17,281 nt of DNA from an uncultured archaeon (GTDB lineage Archaea; Asgardarchaeota; Lokiarchaeia; Helarchaeales; HEL-GB-B). The translations under genes were made by a program, and so were the position numbers. Of this stretch, positions 1 through 7,832 are shown piece by piece (the first letter of the stretch is position 1; each line of letters starts with the position of its first letter). The DNA is taken from NCBI GenBank assembly GCA_964646355.1, contig CAZYEE010000024.1, forward strand, positions 5,512 through 22,792, read 5' to 3'. The notes under the pieces are model-generated. The model made no database searches. It was given only the letters and a program-made list of their open reading frames with translations, and was not told where the DNA came from.

Positions 1-126
1 AAAAAACGAATAAAAAGAACGAATATTTAGGATATTTAATTAACATCTATCAAATTTTTTTAATTTTAAAGGGTATTTAAGTTCGGTATTTAAAAATTTA
101 AATAATAAAGAGTGATAAGGATAAAA

Positions 127-594
127 TTAAATTAAATGCCCCTTTGAATCTATTTCACCTGTTCTAATTCTGGTAGAAGAAATAGGCTTATTATCTTTTG
201 AATAAATTAGAGGTATCGAGATAATAGTTAGAGGGGGCAGGGCACGTTCTCTTCTTATTTTATTAATTTCTTCAGCAACTTTATAGGTATCTTCGCTTAC
301 AACAATAGCATCTTGTTCTTTATCAGTGATAGCGGTTCCATATTTATCCTCAAGTTTAACAATTTGAGCATGTTTAAGGAATCCATGTTTTTCTAGATAT
401 TTAATCATATTTTGTTTTCGTGATTCAAATTTAGGAATTTTTTCGGATAATATTTTATTTTTCACCATTTCATCGGAAGTTATAGCAACGACAACAAGTT
501 CGCCTAATTTGAAAGCGGTTTTAAGTAGGGATTCGTGTCCTATATGAAATTGAGCGAAAGTTCCTGCGACTCCCACTTTTTTAAAAGCCTTCAT
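127..594 (-). CDS. coaD: Phosphopantetheine adenylyltransferase, archaeal type (cytidylyltransferase-like nucleotidyltransferase fold)
   Basis: The N-terminus GVAGTFAQFHIGHESLL carries the (T/H)xGH nucleotidyltransferase motif. The C-terminal ISSTRIRTGEID motif and a size of about 155 aa match archaeal PPAT (COG1019 family). The ORF track begins at a TTG at 630. The first ATG (592-594, MKAFKKVGVAGTF) gives the N-terminus typical of homologues, so it is used here. Confidence 0.8.
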   Translation of the reverse strand: MKAFKKVGVAGTFAQFHIGHESLLKTAFKLGELVVVAITSDEMVKNKILSEKIPKFESRKQNMIKYLEKHGFLKHAQIVKLEDKYGTAITDKEQDAIVVSEDTYKVAEEINKIRRERALPPLTIISIPLIYSKDNKPISSTRIRTGEIDSKGHLI

Positions 595-689
595 TGTAGA
601 ATCAATATAAATTTTGAAGAAATAATACAATAAACAAAATAGGTAAAAGTTTAGAAAAGAATTAAGCCAAAATTAGTGCAAAAAAGTGA

Positions 690-1157
690 TTAAATATTGT
701 CTAAATCACCTAAGGCAGATTTTAAATCTTCTTCTTCATCGCTAAGAGCTTCTCCTTCTAATGGAGGTTGCTCTCCAAGAAATTCACTGAGAACTTTTTC
801 CAGTTCAGAGGAAGCTGATTTCATTACTAATCGAATCATACCGATATTTACATCTTTATCTGTAATGATAGATAGAACTCCCTGTCCACAAGATGCAGCA
901 AAAATTTTACCATCATCAAATTCAGAAGTAACAATATTCAGGTTTCCAATATCTAGGGACCGTCCTTGCTCTTCACTTGCACAGAAAACTGCACTTGCTA
1001 TGGCGCCTATGCCGTCAACATCAACTGGATAATAAGAGAATTTAGAAACATGAGCAATTGTGAGCCCAGTCCTATCAGCAAGTATTACTTTCTTTATACC
1101 AGGTTCACTTTTAATAATTCTTGCTAGAATTTTATCGAATGCCTTTAAATCCATCAT
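690..1157 (-). CDS. Roadblock/LC7 (MglB-like) domain protein with an acidic C-terminal tail
   Basis: The 155-aa ORF has the pattern GIKKVILADRTGLTIAHV ... IGAIASAVF ... NIVTSEFDDGKIFAASCGQGVLSIITD. This fits the alpha-beta-beta-alpha-beta-beta-beta-alpha Roadblock fold. The tail EGEALSDEEEDLKSALGDLDNI is strongly acidic. A GGTG Shine-Dalgarno-like element (complement of 1165-1168) lies upstream of the ATG. Confidence 0.8.
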   Translation of the reverse strand: MMDLKAFDKILARIIKSEPGIKKVILADRTGLTIAHVSKFSYYPVDVDGIGAIASAVFCASEEQGRSLDIGNLNIVTSEFDDGKIFAASCGQGVLSIITDKDVNIGMIRLVMKSASSELEKVLSEFLGEQPPLEGEALSDEEEDLKSALGDLDNI

Positions 1158-1192
1158 TAATAAACACCAAATTAATAATACATAAGAATTAT

Positions 1193-1200
1193 TTTATAAA
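1193..1200 (-). promoter_or_regulatory. Candidate archaeal TATA box (TTTATAAA) for the Roadblock gene
   Basis: A perfect palindromic TTTATAAA is centred about 40 nt upstream of the ATG at 1157. This would place the transcription start just upstream of the GGTG SD-like element. The assignment rests on the motif alone. Confidence 0.35.
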
Positions 1201-1411
1201 TATTATTTATGTTTGTTGGATAATTTCTTCTTGCATTAATATTAATTAATTGAATTATATTAAACTTTTTAATTTTTTCATTTATTTTATTATCGAGAGA
1301 TTTTTAAGTTTTTTTACAATTTCAAAGGATTGACATATTTTTAATATGTAATAGAATTATATAAACATATAAGATAATAAAAAATGGATTATGCGATAGG
1401 ATTTATTAATA

Positions 1412-4400
1412 CTATTCTTCGACAGGTTTAAAATAGCCCTCTCTTGGCTGATATATTACTCCTCTTATTCTTAAATTATTTATTTCTTCCTCGATCTGAG
1501 TTTCTGGTATTCTAAGGCGAGCCGCTGCTTCTTTAATTTCATCGAGAGAAACAGCCTCTCCGTGTTTTTCCATAACAAGTTGTCGAATTAGACTATTAAG
1601 TTGATCGAGTCTTCTCCTACGGGATGTGGTGATACCTGTTTCAATAGCATCAATATCCGAAATTCCGGTTTCTTGATCGATACCGACTTGGCTTAATGAA
1701 AATCTCATCAATTGAATAACTGCTTGCGCATCTTCAGCGGTTACTTCTTCATGAAGTGCCATTTTTGCTCTTGCTTCAGCCAATCTTATAAGTGCTTCAA
1801 GATAACGCGCAGTAATTGGAACTGGAGTATCTGGATCGGCTCCAGCAGCCCGTGTTTGCAGATAAAATCGTTTTATTTCCTCAACCGCCTCTCTGGTCAT
1901 GCTTGGTTTACAATTCTTCCTTGCATAATATATGTAATTTTTAAGGAGATCATGACTAATTGGAGGTTCAGGAGGAGTTTCTTCTTGATTTAGTATAAAT
2001 TCTGCCATTCTTTCATCACGTGCTTGATCTGGCCGGTCTCGTATTAAGAAAATTAAATCAAAACGAGATAATATAGTTGGTGGAAGACGTTTAATATTTT
2101 CAGCAACAGTTTTATATTCATCATAACGTCCATAGTAAGGATTCGCAGCAGCTAGGATAGATGTTCTGGAATTTAAAGTAGTTATAATACCGGCTTTGGC
2201 GACGCTGATCGATAATTGTTCCATTGCTTCATGTATTGCGACCCTGTCTTCAGGCCGCATCTTATCAAACTCATCAATGGCGGCCAAACCACCATCGCTT
2301 AATACAAGCACACCAGCTTCAAGTGAGAGATTTCCGGTATCTTTATCTCTTATCACAGCAGCCGTATTATGGACTATAAATCCATTTGCAATGAAATTAT
2401 GCGATCCTGGAATAGTCAAATCATATACATAATGATCCTCGGATAAAAAGATCTCAATATCAGTAATCTCATCCCATAATATATCAGCTCTGGATATATG
2501 TTTTAAAATTTTATAAAATTCAAGATATTTTTCATGTTCTATTTTAGCATTCTTAATAATCTTGTTAATAAGATCCTTAATATCTGGTGCAAGATATGAG
2601 TCCATTTTTTCTAATATTTCGATTAATAGCTTGATGGAAATAATTCCTGAATCTTTTATATGATCAAATTGTTGTTTTAATTTATCAAAAAGAATTTTCT
2701 CTTTTAATGATTGTGATAATTCGTTCTTTGTATTAAATATTTTAGTCAATTCAATTTCAAAATTTTCCGGCAACCTTATTTTATGTCTTAAGAGATCCGG
2801 TCTAATATTTTTTAGTAAATGTCTAAGCATCTTTTTAGATATTCTCATAGAATTATTATCATTATTTTTTCGAAGATTTAAAGTACCAAACAAAACAGAG
2901 TTGTAATCATAGAAGTTTAGCAGTTTTTTTATTGAATTTAGGTCATATGGCATATTATCTTTTACGTTAAAATTAGAAAAATGGTTATATACTTCTTCTA
3001 GACTATTTTGAAATTTCCGTTTTTTATATTTACAGTTAAAATCAATAAAAATAGAAAAATTGAACAGATCCCTAGGTTCATTAATAACGAGGAATAAATT
3101 ATTTTTAATCGGACGAAGCGATTTTATAATCTTAGATAAGTTCATTAAATCCGAGTTATCTACAATCGAGGAAAATATGTTGAACTTACTTAGCGCGTTT
3201 TGAATAAACCTCAATTTGTTTTTATTTTCAGAAAAAAGGAATATACTAGGTATTGAGGTAGCATTAAGGGTCAAATCTGTATCATCAAAAAAATTTTTAT
3301 CATATAGGGATAAATTTTCACGGGATTCATGAGATATTTTATTATTAAACCATATATCTATTGGGCTCTCCTGATCATTCCTTATAACCCCCCCAGAATC
3401 AAAAACTCCTTTAAGAAAGCTTCGGAGTAATTTTTCAGGATAATAAAGAAATTCATAATATTTTGGAATTGAGCCTTTTTCTGATATTTCAAGGGGTTCA
3501 AATAATCCAAATTTGGATAAAATATGTGAAATAAAAGAAGAAATTACGTGGATTTTGATCTTATTTGATTGGGAACATTCTATGATTTCTAATTTAATCT
3601 TCAAATTTTTAAAGAAATGAATAAAATTCTTGATAATAGAATTGTCTATCTCAGATAATTTGAATTCAATGATAAATCCTGAGTTATTTTTAGTTAAAAT
3701 ATTTTCATTACCAAAAATTATTCCCATTATATAAAACCAGTGATCATTGAACTGTATTGGTAGATAAATTTTTTCAGCTCCTTCATTTTCCAATAAGAGT
3801 CTTTTTGGGAATTCTTTTAAGGAATTAATTTTTGATGAATTGCAGCAATTCAATAGTTCTTGTAAATGAAAATTTTTATTATTTTGATTTTTAATTTTAA
3901 TATAGTCATTAATCTTGAATATATTTGGTGAAAAATTCAGAATTTTTATTTTTTCTGGAAAATCTTTTAGAAAATCAATTATTAATGGTATATTTTTCTT
4001 ATTTCTAATTTTTAATTTCTTTGCAATAGCTATTTTATCATTAAATTTAAGAAAACTTGCACTTTTCCAACAGATATTAAAAAAATCATCATAACAAAGG
4101 ACACAAGTTTGAGGAGTTAATTTTATTTCTCTGCCCGTTTTAGTTGTAATTTTTATCATATATTTTGGGCTGGTAATTTTCCAAACTTTTTCGATATTCT
4201 GTTTTTTAATTTTTAAATTGTGAGAATATAGAATTTCGTTCCTTGAATTAACATTATTATAAACTATGTTAGTAAAATTCTGCTCATTGGTAATTAACAC
4301 ATCCGTTTGATTCGAAGTTTTAAACTCATTTTCGACAAACCGCTGGATTGATATAGGCCCAGTATCAAGGAAAAGTAGTGAATCACCTGCAACGCATAAG

Positions 4401-5500
4401 CCAGCTGCCGTTGTCCCTTTACCACTAGTATATATTCCTCTAGGAGCTATTTCTGCAATGCTCTTTAAAATTTGTGATTTACCAACTCCTGGATCACCTA
4501 CAAGGAGAATATGAATTTCTCCACGACGGACTGTACCATCGTTTCGTTGTCTTGATACACCTGAAAACAATTGTAATAATAATGCTTCTTTAATTTCATC
4601 CATACCATAAATAGAAGGAACGATAGACCTGATTAATTTACGGTAAATCCATGGGTCCTTTGCTAATTCTTTAATTTCCTCCTCTTGTTCTGGAGTAATT
4701 TCAAGGCTTTCGATTTCAACTTCATGTTTTTCAATATAATTAACGTCCAGAAACGTCCTAAATATTGTTAGTTTTCCCTGTTGAGTTGATTCTTGTTTAG
4801 CCTTAAGAATTCCAATTATAGTAACCCTATCTCCTGGCCTAGCAACGTCAACGATATCCTCAAGAAGATATCCATCAATAAATCTGGGCATTTGACCGGC
4901 AGGCAACTCTTCGGGTTTTTCTTGGATCCTGATTTTTTGCCAATCAATAAATGTGGACCTATCTTGTAATAGTTTGAAAGGACCTTTTCTATTACATTGC
5001 GGACAGACCAAAGGACGTGTAAACTCGTTATCTTCTTGATCAATGGAAATAATAGCATCATTACAGTTAAGGCATCTAAAGACACCCCGGATCATTAAAG
5101 GCGAAACTTTATTTACTCTTGTTAGAATACCACTTACTTGAATTAGTTTACCAATATGATTTGCTCTAATTTTACGAAGGTCAATTCTATTAATGGGTTC
5201 TAAATTTCTAAATCGTGCATGGAATTTTTCCACACTATTTGCGTATTCTTCGTTTATTATCCTAAGTCTATGCCTGATTGCCATAGATGCAAGATCAATA
5301 TAAAGTTCAGGGGCATTAAGAAGCCCTCTGGCAAGTTCGGCATCGAACCTAAGAAGATCATCATAATCAATAACTAAAGAGATGCTAGCATTTAATTCCA
5401 TCTGGCTTATCAAAATATCATATTTTCTATTTCCATTATCATCAATAAAATCGCTGTAAAACTGTTCAAATCTCCTTACAATTTCGGCTTGATCTTCCAT
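1412..5500 (-). CDS. mcm: MCM replicative helicase precursor, 1362 aa including a 677-aa intein; the spliced product is predicted to be 685 aa
   Basis: The N-terminal domain has a C4 zinc finger (CLNCN...CPQCN). The AAA+ core has Walker A GDPGVGKSQ, Walker B AAIDEFDKM, the motif ILAAANP and the arginine finger SRFDL. The C-terminus looks like a winged helix. An AGAGGT SD lies 8 nt upstream of the ATG. Confidence 0.95.
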   Translation of the reverse strand: MEDQAEIVRRFEQFYSDFIDDNGNRKYDILISQMELNASISLVIDYDDLLRFDAELARGLLNAPELYIDLASMAIRHRLRIINEEYANSVEKFHARFRNLEPINRIDLRKIRANHIGKLIQVSGILTRVNKVSPLMIRGVFRCLNCNDAIISIDQEDNEFTRPLVCPQCNRKGPFKLLQDRSTFIDWQKIRIQEKPEELPAGQMPRFIDGYLLEDIVDVARPGDRVTIIGILKAKQESTQQGKLTIFRTFLDVNYIEKHEVEIESLEITPEQEEEIKELAKDPWIYRKLIRSIVPSIYGMDEIKEALLLQLFSGVSRQRNDGTVRRGEIHILLVGDPGVGKSQILKSIAEIAPRGIYTSGKGTTAAGLCVAGDSLLFLDTGPISIQRFVENEFKTSNQTDVLITNEQNFTNIVYNNVNSRNEILYSHNLKIKKQNIEKVWKITSPKYMIKITTKTGREIKLTPQTCVLCYDDFFNICWKSASFLKFNDKIAIAKKLKIRNKKNIPLIIDFLKDFPEKIKILNFSPNIFKINDYIKIKNQNNKNFHLQELLNCCNSSKINSLKEFPKRLLLENEGAEKIYLPIQFNDHWFYIMGIIFGNENILTKNNSGFIIEFKLSEIDNSIIKNFIHFFKNLKIKLEIIECSQSNKIKIHVISSFISHILSKFGLFEPLEISEKGSIPKYYEFLYYPEKLLRSFLKGVFDSGGVIRNDQESPIDIWFNNKISHESRENLSLYDKNFFDDTDLTLNATSIPSIFLFSENKNKLRFIQNALSKFNIFSSIVDNSDLMNLSKIIKSLRPIKNNLFLVINEPRDLFNFSIFIDFNCKYKKRKFQNSLEEVYNHFSNFNVKDNMPYDLNSIKKLLNFYDYNSVLFGTLNLRKNNDNNSMRISKKMLRHLLKNIRPDLLRHKIRLPENFEIELTKIFNTKNELSQSLKEKILFDKLKQQFDHIKDSGIISIKLLIEILEKMDSYLAPDIKDLINKIIKNAKIEHEKYLEFYKILKHISRADILWDEITDIEIFLSEDHYVYDLTIPGSHNFIANGFIVHNTAAVIRDKDTGNLSLEAGVLVLSDGGLAAIDEFDKMRPEDRVAIHEAMEQLSISVAKAGIITTLNSRTSILAAANPYYGRYDEYKTVAENIKRLPPTILSRFDLIFLIRDRPDQARDERMAEFILNQEETPPEPPISHDLLKNYIYYARKNCKPSMTREAVEEIKRFYLQTRAAGADPDTPVPITARYLEALIRLAEARAKMALHEEVTAEDAQAVIQLMRFSLSQVGIDQETGISDIDAIETGITTSRRRRLDQLNSLIRQLVMEKHGEAVSLDEIKEAAARLRIPETQIEEEINNLRIRGVIYQPREGYFKPVEE
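2366..4396 (-). mobile_element. Intein (Hint domain plus a LAGLIDADG-type endonuclease-like domain) inserted in the MCM ATPase domain
   Basis: The N-extein ends ...GKGTTAAGL. The intein starts CVAGDSLLFLDTG (Cys codon 4394-4396). It ends with blocks F/G, DHYVYDLTIPGSHNFIANGFIVHN (Asn codon 2366-2368). The C-extein resumes TAAVIRDKDTG. The insert is 2031 nt and in frame. Two LAGLIDADG-like motifs lie at 3704-3736 (FYIMGIIFGNE) and 3389-3427 (LRSFLKGVFDSGG). Confidence 0.9.
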
Positions 5501-5508
5501 CTAGTAAT

Positions 5509-5514
5509 ACCTCT
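5509..5514 (-). promoter_or_regulatory. Shine-Dalgarno-like element for mcm
   Basis: The minus strand reads AGAGGT, with an 8-nt spacer before the ATG at 5500. Confidence 0.5.
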
Positions 5515-5573
5515 TTCTCACAGTCCAAGTTCATCATAAAAGAAAATTAAATTTAAATATTATAAGAGGGGCA

Positions 5574-5581
5574 TTTATAAA
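5574..5581 (-). promoter_or_regulatory. Candidate TATA box (TTTATAAA) in the mcm upstream region
   Basis: A perfect palindromic TTTATAAA lies about 75 nt upstream of the mcm ATG, in the divergent intergenic region 5501-5710. The assignment rests on the motif alone, and because the motif is palindromic its strand cannot be determined. Confidence 0.3.
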
Positions 5582-5671
5582 TGAATCACTAAATTATTGA
5601 CTTGATATAGTTTGTTTAAGATGTTTTTAACTCTTATTGATCAAAATCAAATAACGATATGTACAAAAAGA

Positions 5672-5679
5672 TTTATAAA
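5672..5679 (+). promoter_or_regulatory. Candidate TATA box (TTTATAAA) for the 5711 membrane-protein gene
   Basis: TTTATAAA is preceded by a purine-rich, BRE-like AAAAAG. It is centred about 35 nt upstream of the TTG at 5711, which fits a near-leaderless transcript. Confidence 0.35.
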
Positions 5680-5710
5680 TAGATAATAAAAATCAGCAAA
5701 TGAATTTAAA

Positions 5711-6337
5711 TTGAAAGAAAAGAATGTTAATTCGGATGAGAAAAAAAAAGAAATTTCGGTCAAATATGCTACTATTTTAATTAATCTATTTTTATTTCCA
5801 ACTTCCTATTTATTAATATTATTTTGTGAGTTTCAATTTATCATCACGAAAATCAAAGAACAACCATATGAAAGGATAGCTTTTGGAAATTATGTAATAT
5901 ATCCATCAGATATTTTTTTATTTTATACAATTTTGATAACATTAAGTATAATTTTTGTTACATTTGTTATTTTAAGAGAAATTATTAAATTAAAATATTT
6001 ATGCTGGAAAAAAATCTCAAATCTTAATTATTATTTAGTATACCTAGTCCTTTTTAGTGTCCTAAATCTCATTCACATTTTTCTTATAACAGGAAGGATC
6101 ACGGGATTTGGGATTTTTAGGACTTTTTTCGAAGATTACTATTTTTACTATTTTATAGCACTATTTGGACTGTTTTTTTTAATGTATTATTGTGTTATTT
6201 CATTAAATAGAGGAATATATGGAAAAAATAATATGAAATTACAAAAAAAGGTTCGAATATATACTAAATTCGGTTTTGTGTCTTGTGTAATATTCTCTGT
6301 AATGTATTTTGTTATGTCTATTGTTATTTTACTATGA
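5711..6337 (+). CDS. Hypothetical polytopic membrane protein (about 5 predicted TM helices)
   Basis: The 208-aa ORF has a Lys-rich N-terminus and five long hydrophobic stretches, for example ATILINLFLFPTSYLLILF, IFLFYTILITLSIIFVTFVIL and FGFVSCVIFSVMYFVMSIVILL. I recognise no family. The start must be non-ATG (TTG at 5711), because the first in-frame ATG falls only about 150 codons into the ORF. Confidence 0.5.
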   Translation: MKEKNVNSDEKKKEISVKYATILINLFLFPTSYLLILFCEFQFIITKIKEQPYERIAFGNYVIYPSDIFLFYTILITLSIIFVTFVILREIIKLKYLCWKKISNLNYYLVYLVLFSVLNLIHIFLITGRITGFGIFRTFFEDYYFYYFIALFGLFFLMYYCVISLNRGIYGKNNMKLQKKVRIYTKFGFVSCVIFSVMYFVMSIVILL

Positions 6338-6527
6338 TCCCTTAATTGTTAAAATCAGATGATTGGACGAAAATATCGCAACAGAGGAATTTTGTAGTAT
6401 TATTAAATGATGATAAATTATGGTAACAAGGTAAAATAAGATAACAATTAAATAATTCGATACTATAATTGCAGAATTATGACAAATTTTTTATTTCTAA
6501 AACTCAGATTCATTTTTTGATTAAAAT

Positions 6528-6890
6528 TTAAGAATGATTTTGAGATGCAATCTGAATAAGTCCTGTATTTAACTGTTTTGCGAGGTTAGGGTCAATGTCA
6601 GGAATAATTTCGCGAATCTTATCGACCGTGCTATTTACTCCTAGATGTTGCAACTGTTTAAATTGTTCAAATTGAATAATTGCAACCATTTTTTTAGAAC
6701 TGGACCCGTTTTGGATAAATAATTTAAGTTTATCTTCGTAGGGTTCTACCCAAATTTTTACTCGCTCTTGTTCCTCTATTATTTCTTTAAATTTGCTTTT
6801 AAATTTTTCATCATCAAGAGTAAAAATCTCGTCATCTTCTTCTTCATCGTCCATCAATTCCTCGTCTATATAGTCGTTTTTGGGCCGCAC
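6528..6890 (-). CDS. Hypothetical small protein with a poly-acidic N-terminus
   Basis: The 120-aa ORF has the N-terminus DEELMDDEEEDDEIFTLDDE, followed by a mixed alpha/beta-looking region (VKIWVEPYEDKLKLFIQNG...). The start is GTG at 6890, with an alternative ATG 12 codons downstream. I recognise no family. Confidence 0.5.
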   Translation of the reverse strand: MRPKNDYIDEELMDDEEEDDEIFTLDDEKFKSKFKEIIEEQERVKIWVEPYEDKLKLFIQNGSSSKKMVAIIQFEQFKQLQHLGVNSTVDKIREIIPDIDPNLAKQLNTGLIQIASQNHS

Positions 6891-7267
6891 CGAATTTTAC
6901 CTCCATTCGAATTTTATATTCGTGTTTTCAATATTATAAATTTAATATCAATCCAATGATTAAAGATATTTTAAAACATAAAGTAGTGTTCTTCACTTTT
7001 TCTAAATCTGATTTATTCATACTTTTTTCAATTTTTATGATTTTTGGATTTTTTTGTAATTTTCTTTGACAATTTTATATAATTAGAAAATCTAACTATT
7101 TTATTGATTAATCGATCAAAATTTTAGACCATTTAAAAAGTTCTTAAAGTTAAGTCAAAAATATTGAAGAAAATATACTTGATATAATTCTTAAAAGGGA
7201 AATATAATTCAATTTGAGTTATAATATTATCATATATAAACATATCTATTGAACATGCTCATAATGT

Positions 7268-7432
7268 TCATTTTGGCGGGAATAATAATTTATAGGCTTC
7301 ATCATAGGTCAAATTAAAGTCTTTAGCCACCAGTTCTACAGCTGTTTTAAAATCATTACTTTTTAGATATTCATTGAATTTTATTAAGCATTTACCCCAT
7401 AAACTTTTATCTATAGATGAATTATTTTTCAT
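7268..7432 (-). CDS. Possible small ORF (54 aa), not in the supplied ORF track
   Basis: My own translation of the minus strand gives MKNNSSIDKSLWGKCLIKFNEYLKSNDFKTAVELVAKDFNLTYDEAYKLLFPPK followed by a stop. It has an ATG start and lies in an otherwise empty 940-bp gap. This stretch is the least AT-rich part of that gap. There is no homology evidence. Confidence 0.25.
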   Translation of the reverse strand: MKNNSSIDKSLWGKCLIKFNEYLKSNDFKTAVELVAKDFNLTYDEAYKLLFPPK

Positions 7433-7550
7433 ATTAATCAGTTTACAATGTTTTTTTTTCTTATTTTTATTTGATTAATAAAGAATATCTTCTAAATTTT
7501 ATTAGTATTTTTAATTAATTAATCTCAATTATTTATATTAAATTTTCTTT

Positions 7551-7621
7551 TATAAAAATAGTGGTTTAAACTATAATATATAAAAATAGGACATAAAGAA
7601 AATAATTAAGTAAAAAATAGG
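7551..7621. repeat. Three direct copies of TATAAAAATAG (the third is TAAAAAATAG-G) spaced 28 and 32 bp apart
   Basis: The copies start at 7551 (tataaaaatagtgg), 7579 (tataaaaatagg) and 7611 (taaaaaatagg). They sit in the AT-rich divergent region between the 54-aa ORF and the 7833 gene. Confidence 0.4.
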
Positions 7622-7832
7622 CATAATTTTCAAAAAAAAAATTTAGAATTTAGTATATATAAGACCATTCATTATAAATAGAATGAGAAAAAATAAAAAA
7701 AATTCAAATACAAATTAAATTTAGATAAAGTAGAAAAGTTTTTGCTGATAAAAATTTAAAATAATAGGAATATATCTATAGCTTGAAAATATTTACTTAT
7801 CTTTTTAATGATAGACAAAACAAATAGTACTG

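Noticed and set aside
595-630. 12-codon N-terminal extension of the PPAT ORF from a TTG (MYYFFKIYIDST)
   Set aside because: Homologues begin right at the MK..K.V.GGTF segment. The extension is probably just open frame upstream of the real ATG at 594.
697-1032. 111-aa plus-strand ORF antisense to the Roadblock gene
   Set aside because: It lies entirely within a well-supported minus-strand CDS. Its Ser/Pro-rich, low-complexity translation is typical of a shadow frame.
1712-2432. Two plus-strand ORFs (1712-1993 and 2196-2432) antisense to the MCM C-terminal extein
   Set aside because: These are shadow ORFs in the most GC-rich part of mcm. Their translations have no recognisable motifs, and the opposite frame encodes conserved MCM motifs.
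4816-5085. 89-aa minus-strand ORF in an alternative frame inside mcm
   Set aside because: It overlaps the MCM zinc-finger/OB-fold region, whose frame is strongly supported. There is no start context or motif.
1412-5500. The 1362-aa ORF interpreted as a fused or disrupted (pseudogenised) MCM
   Set aside because: The extra 2031 nt are in frame, are bounded by canonical intein termini (Cys1 ... His-Asn / Thr+1), and their removal restores a contiguous conserved MCM motif. A normal intein-containing gene explains this.
6768-6959. 63-aa plus-strand ORF overlapping the 5' end of the acidic-protein gene
   Set aside because: It is antisense to the poly-acidic coding run. Its Phe/Ile/Lys-rich translation is what AT-rich shadow frames produce.
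7250-7270. Inverted repeat TGAACAT-gctcata-ATGTTCA overlapping the stop codon of the 54-aa ORF
   Set aside because: A 7-bp AT-rich stem is expected by chance in this composition. No T-tract follows it on the relevant strand, so it is not convincing as a terminator or operator.
6891-7832. The long stretch with no ORF-track gene considered as a replication origin, tRNA/ncRNA locus or CRISPR remnant
   Set aside because: I saw no ORB or mini-ORB-like inverted repeats, no adjacent orc1/cdc6, no GC-rich stem-forming segment of the kind tRNAs keep in AT-rich genomes, and no regularly spaced repeats of 24 bp or longer. Only the short phased 11-mers are reported, as a low-interest finding.
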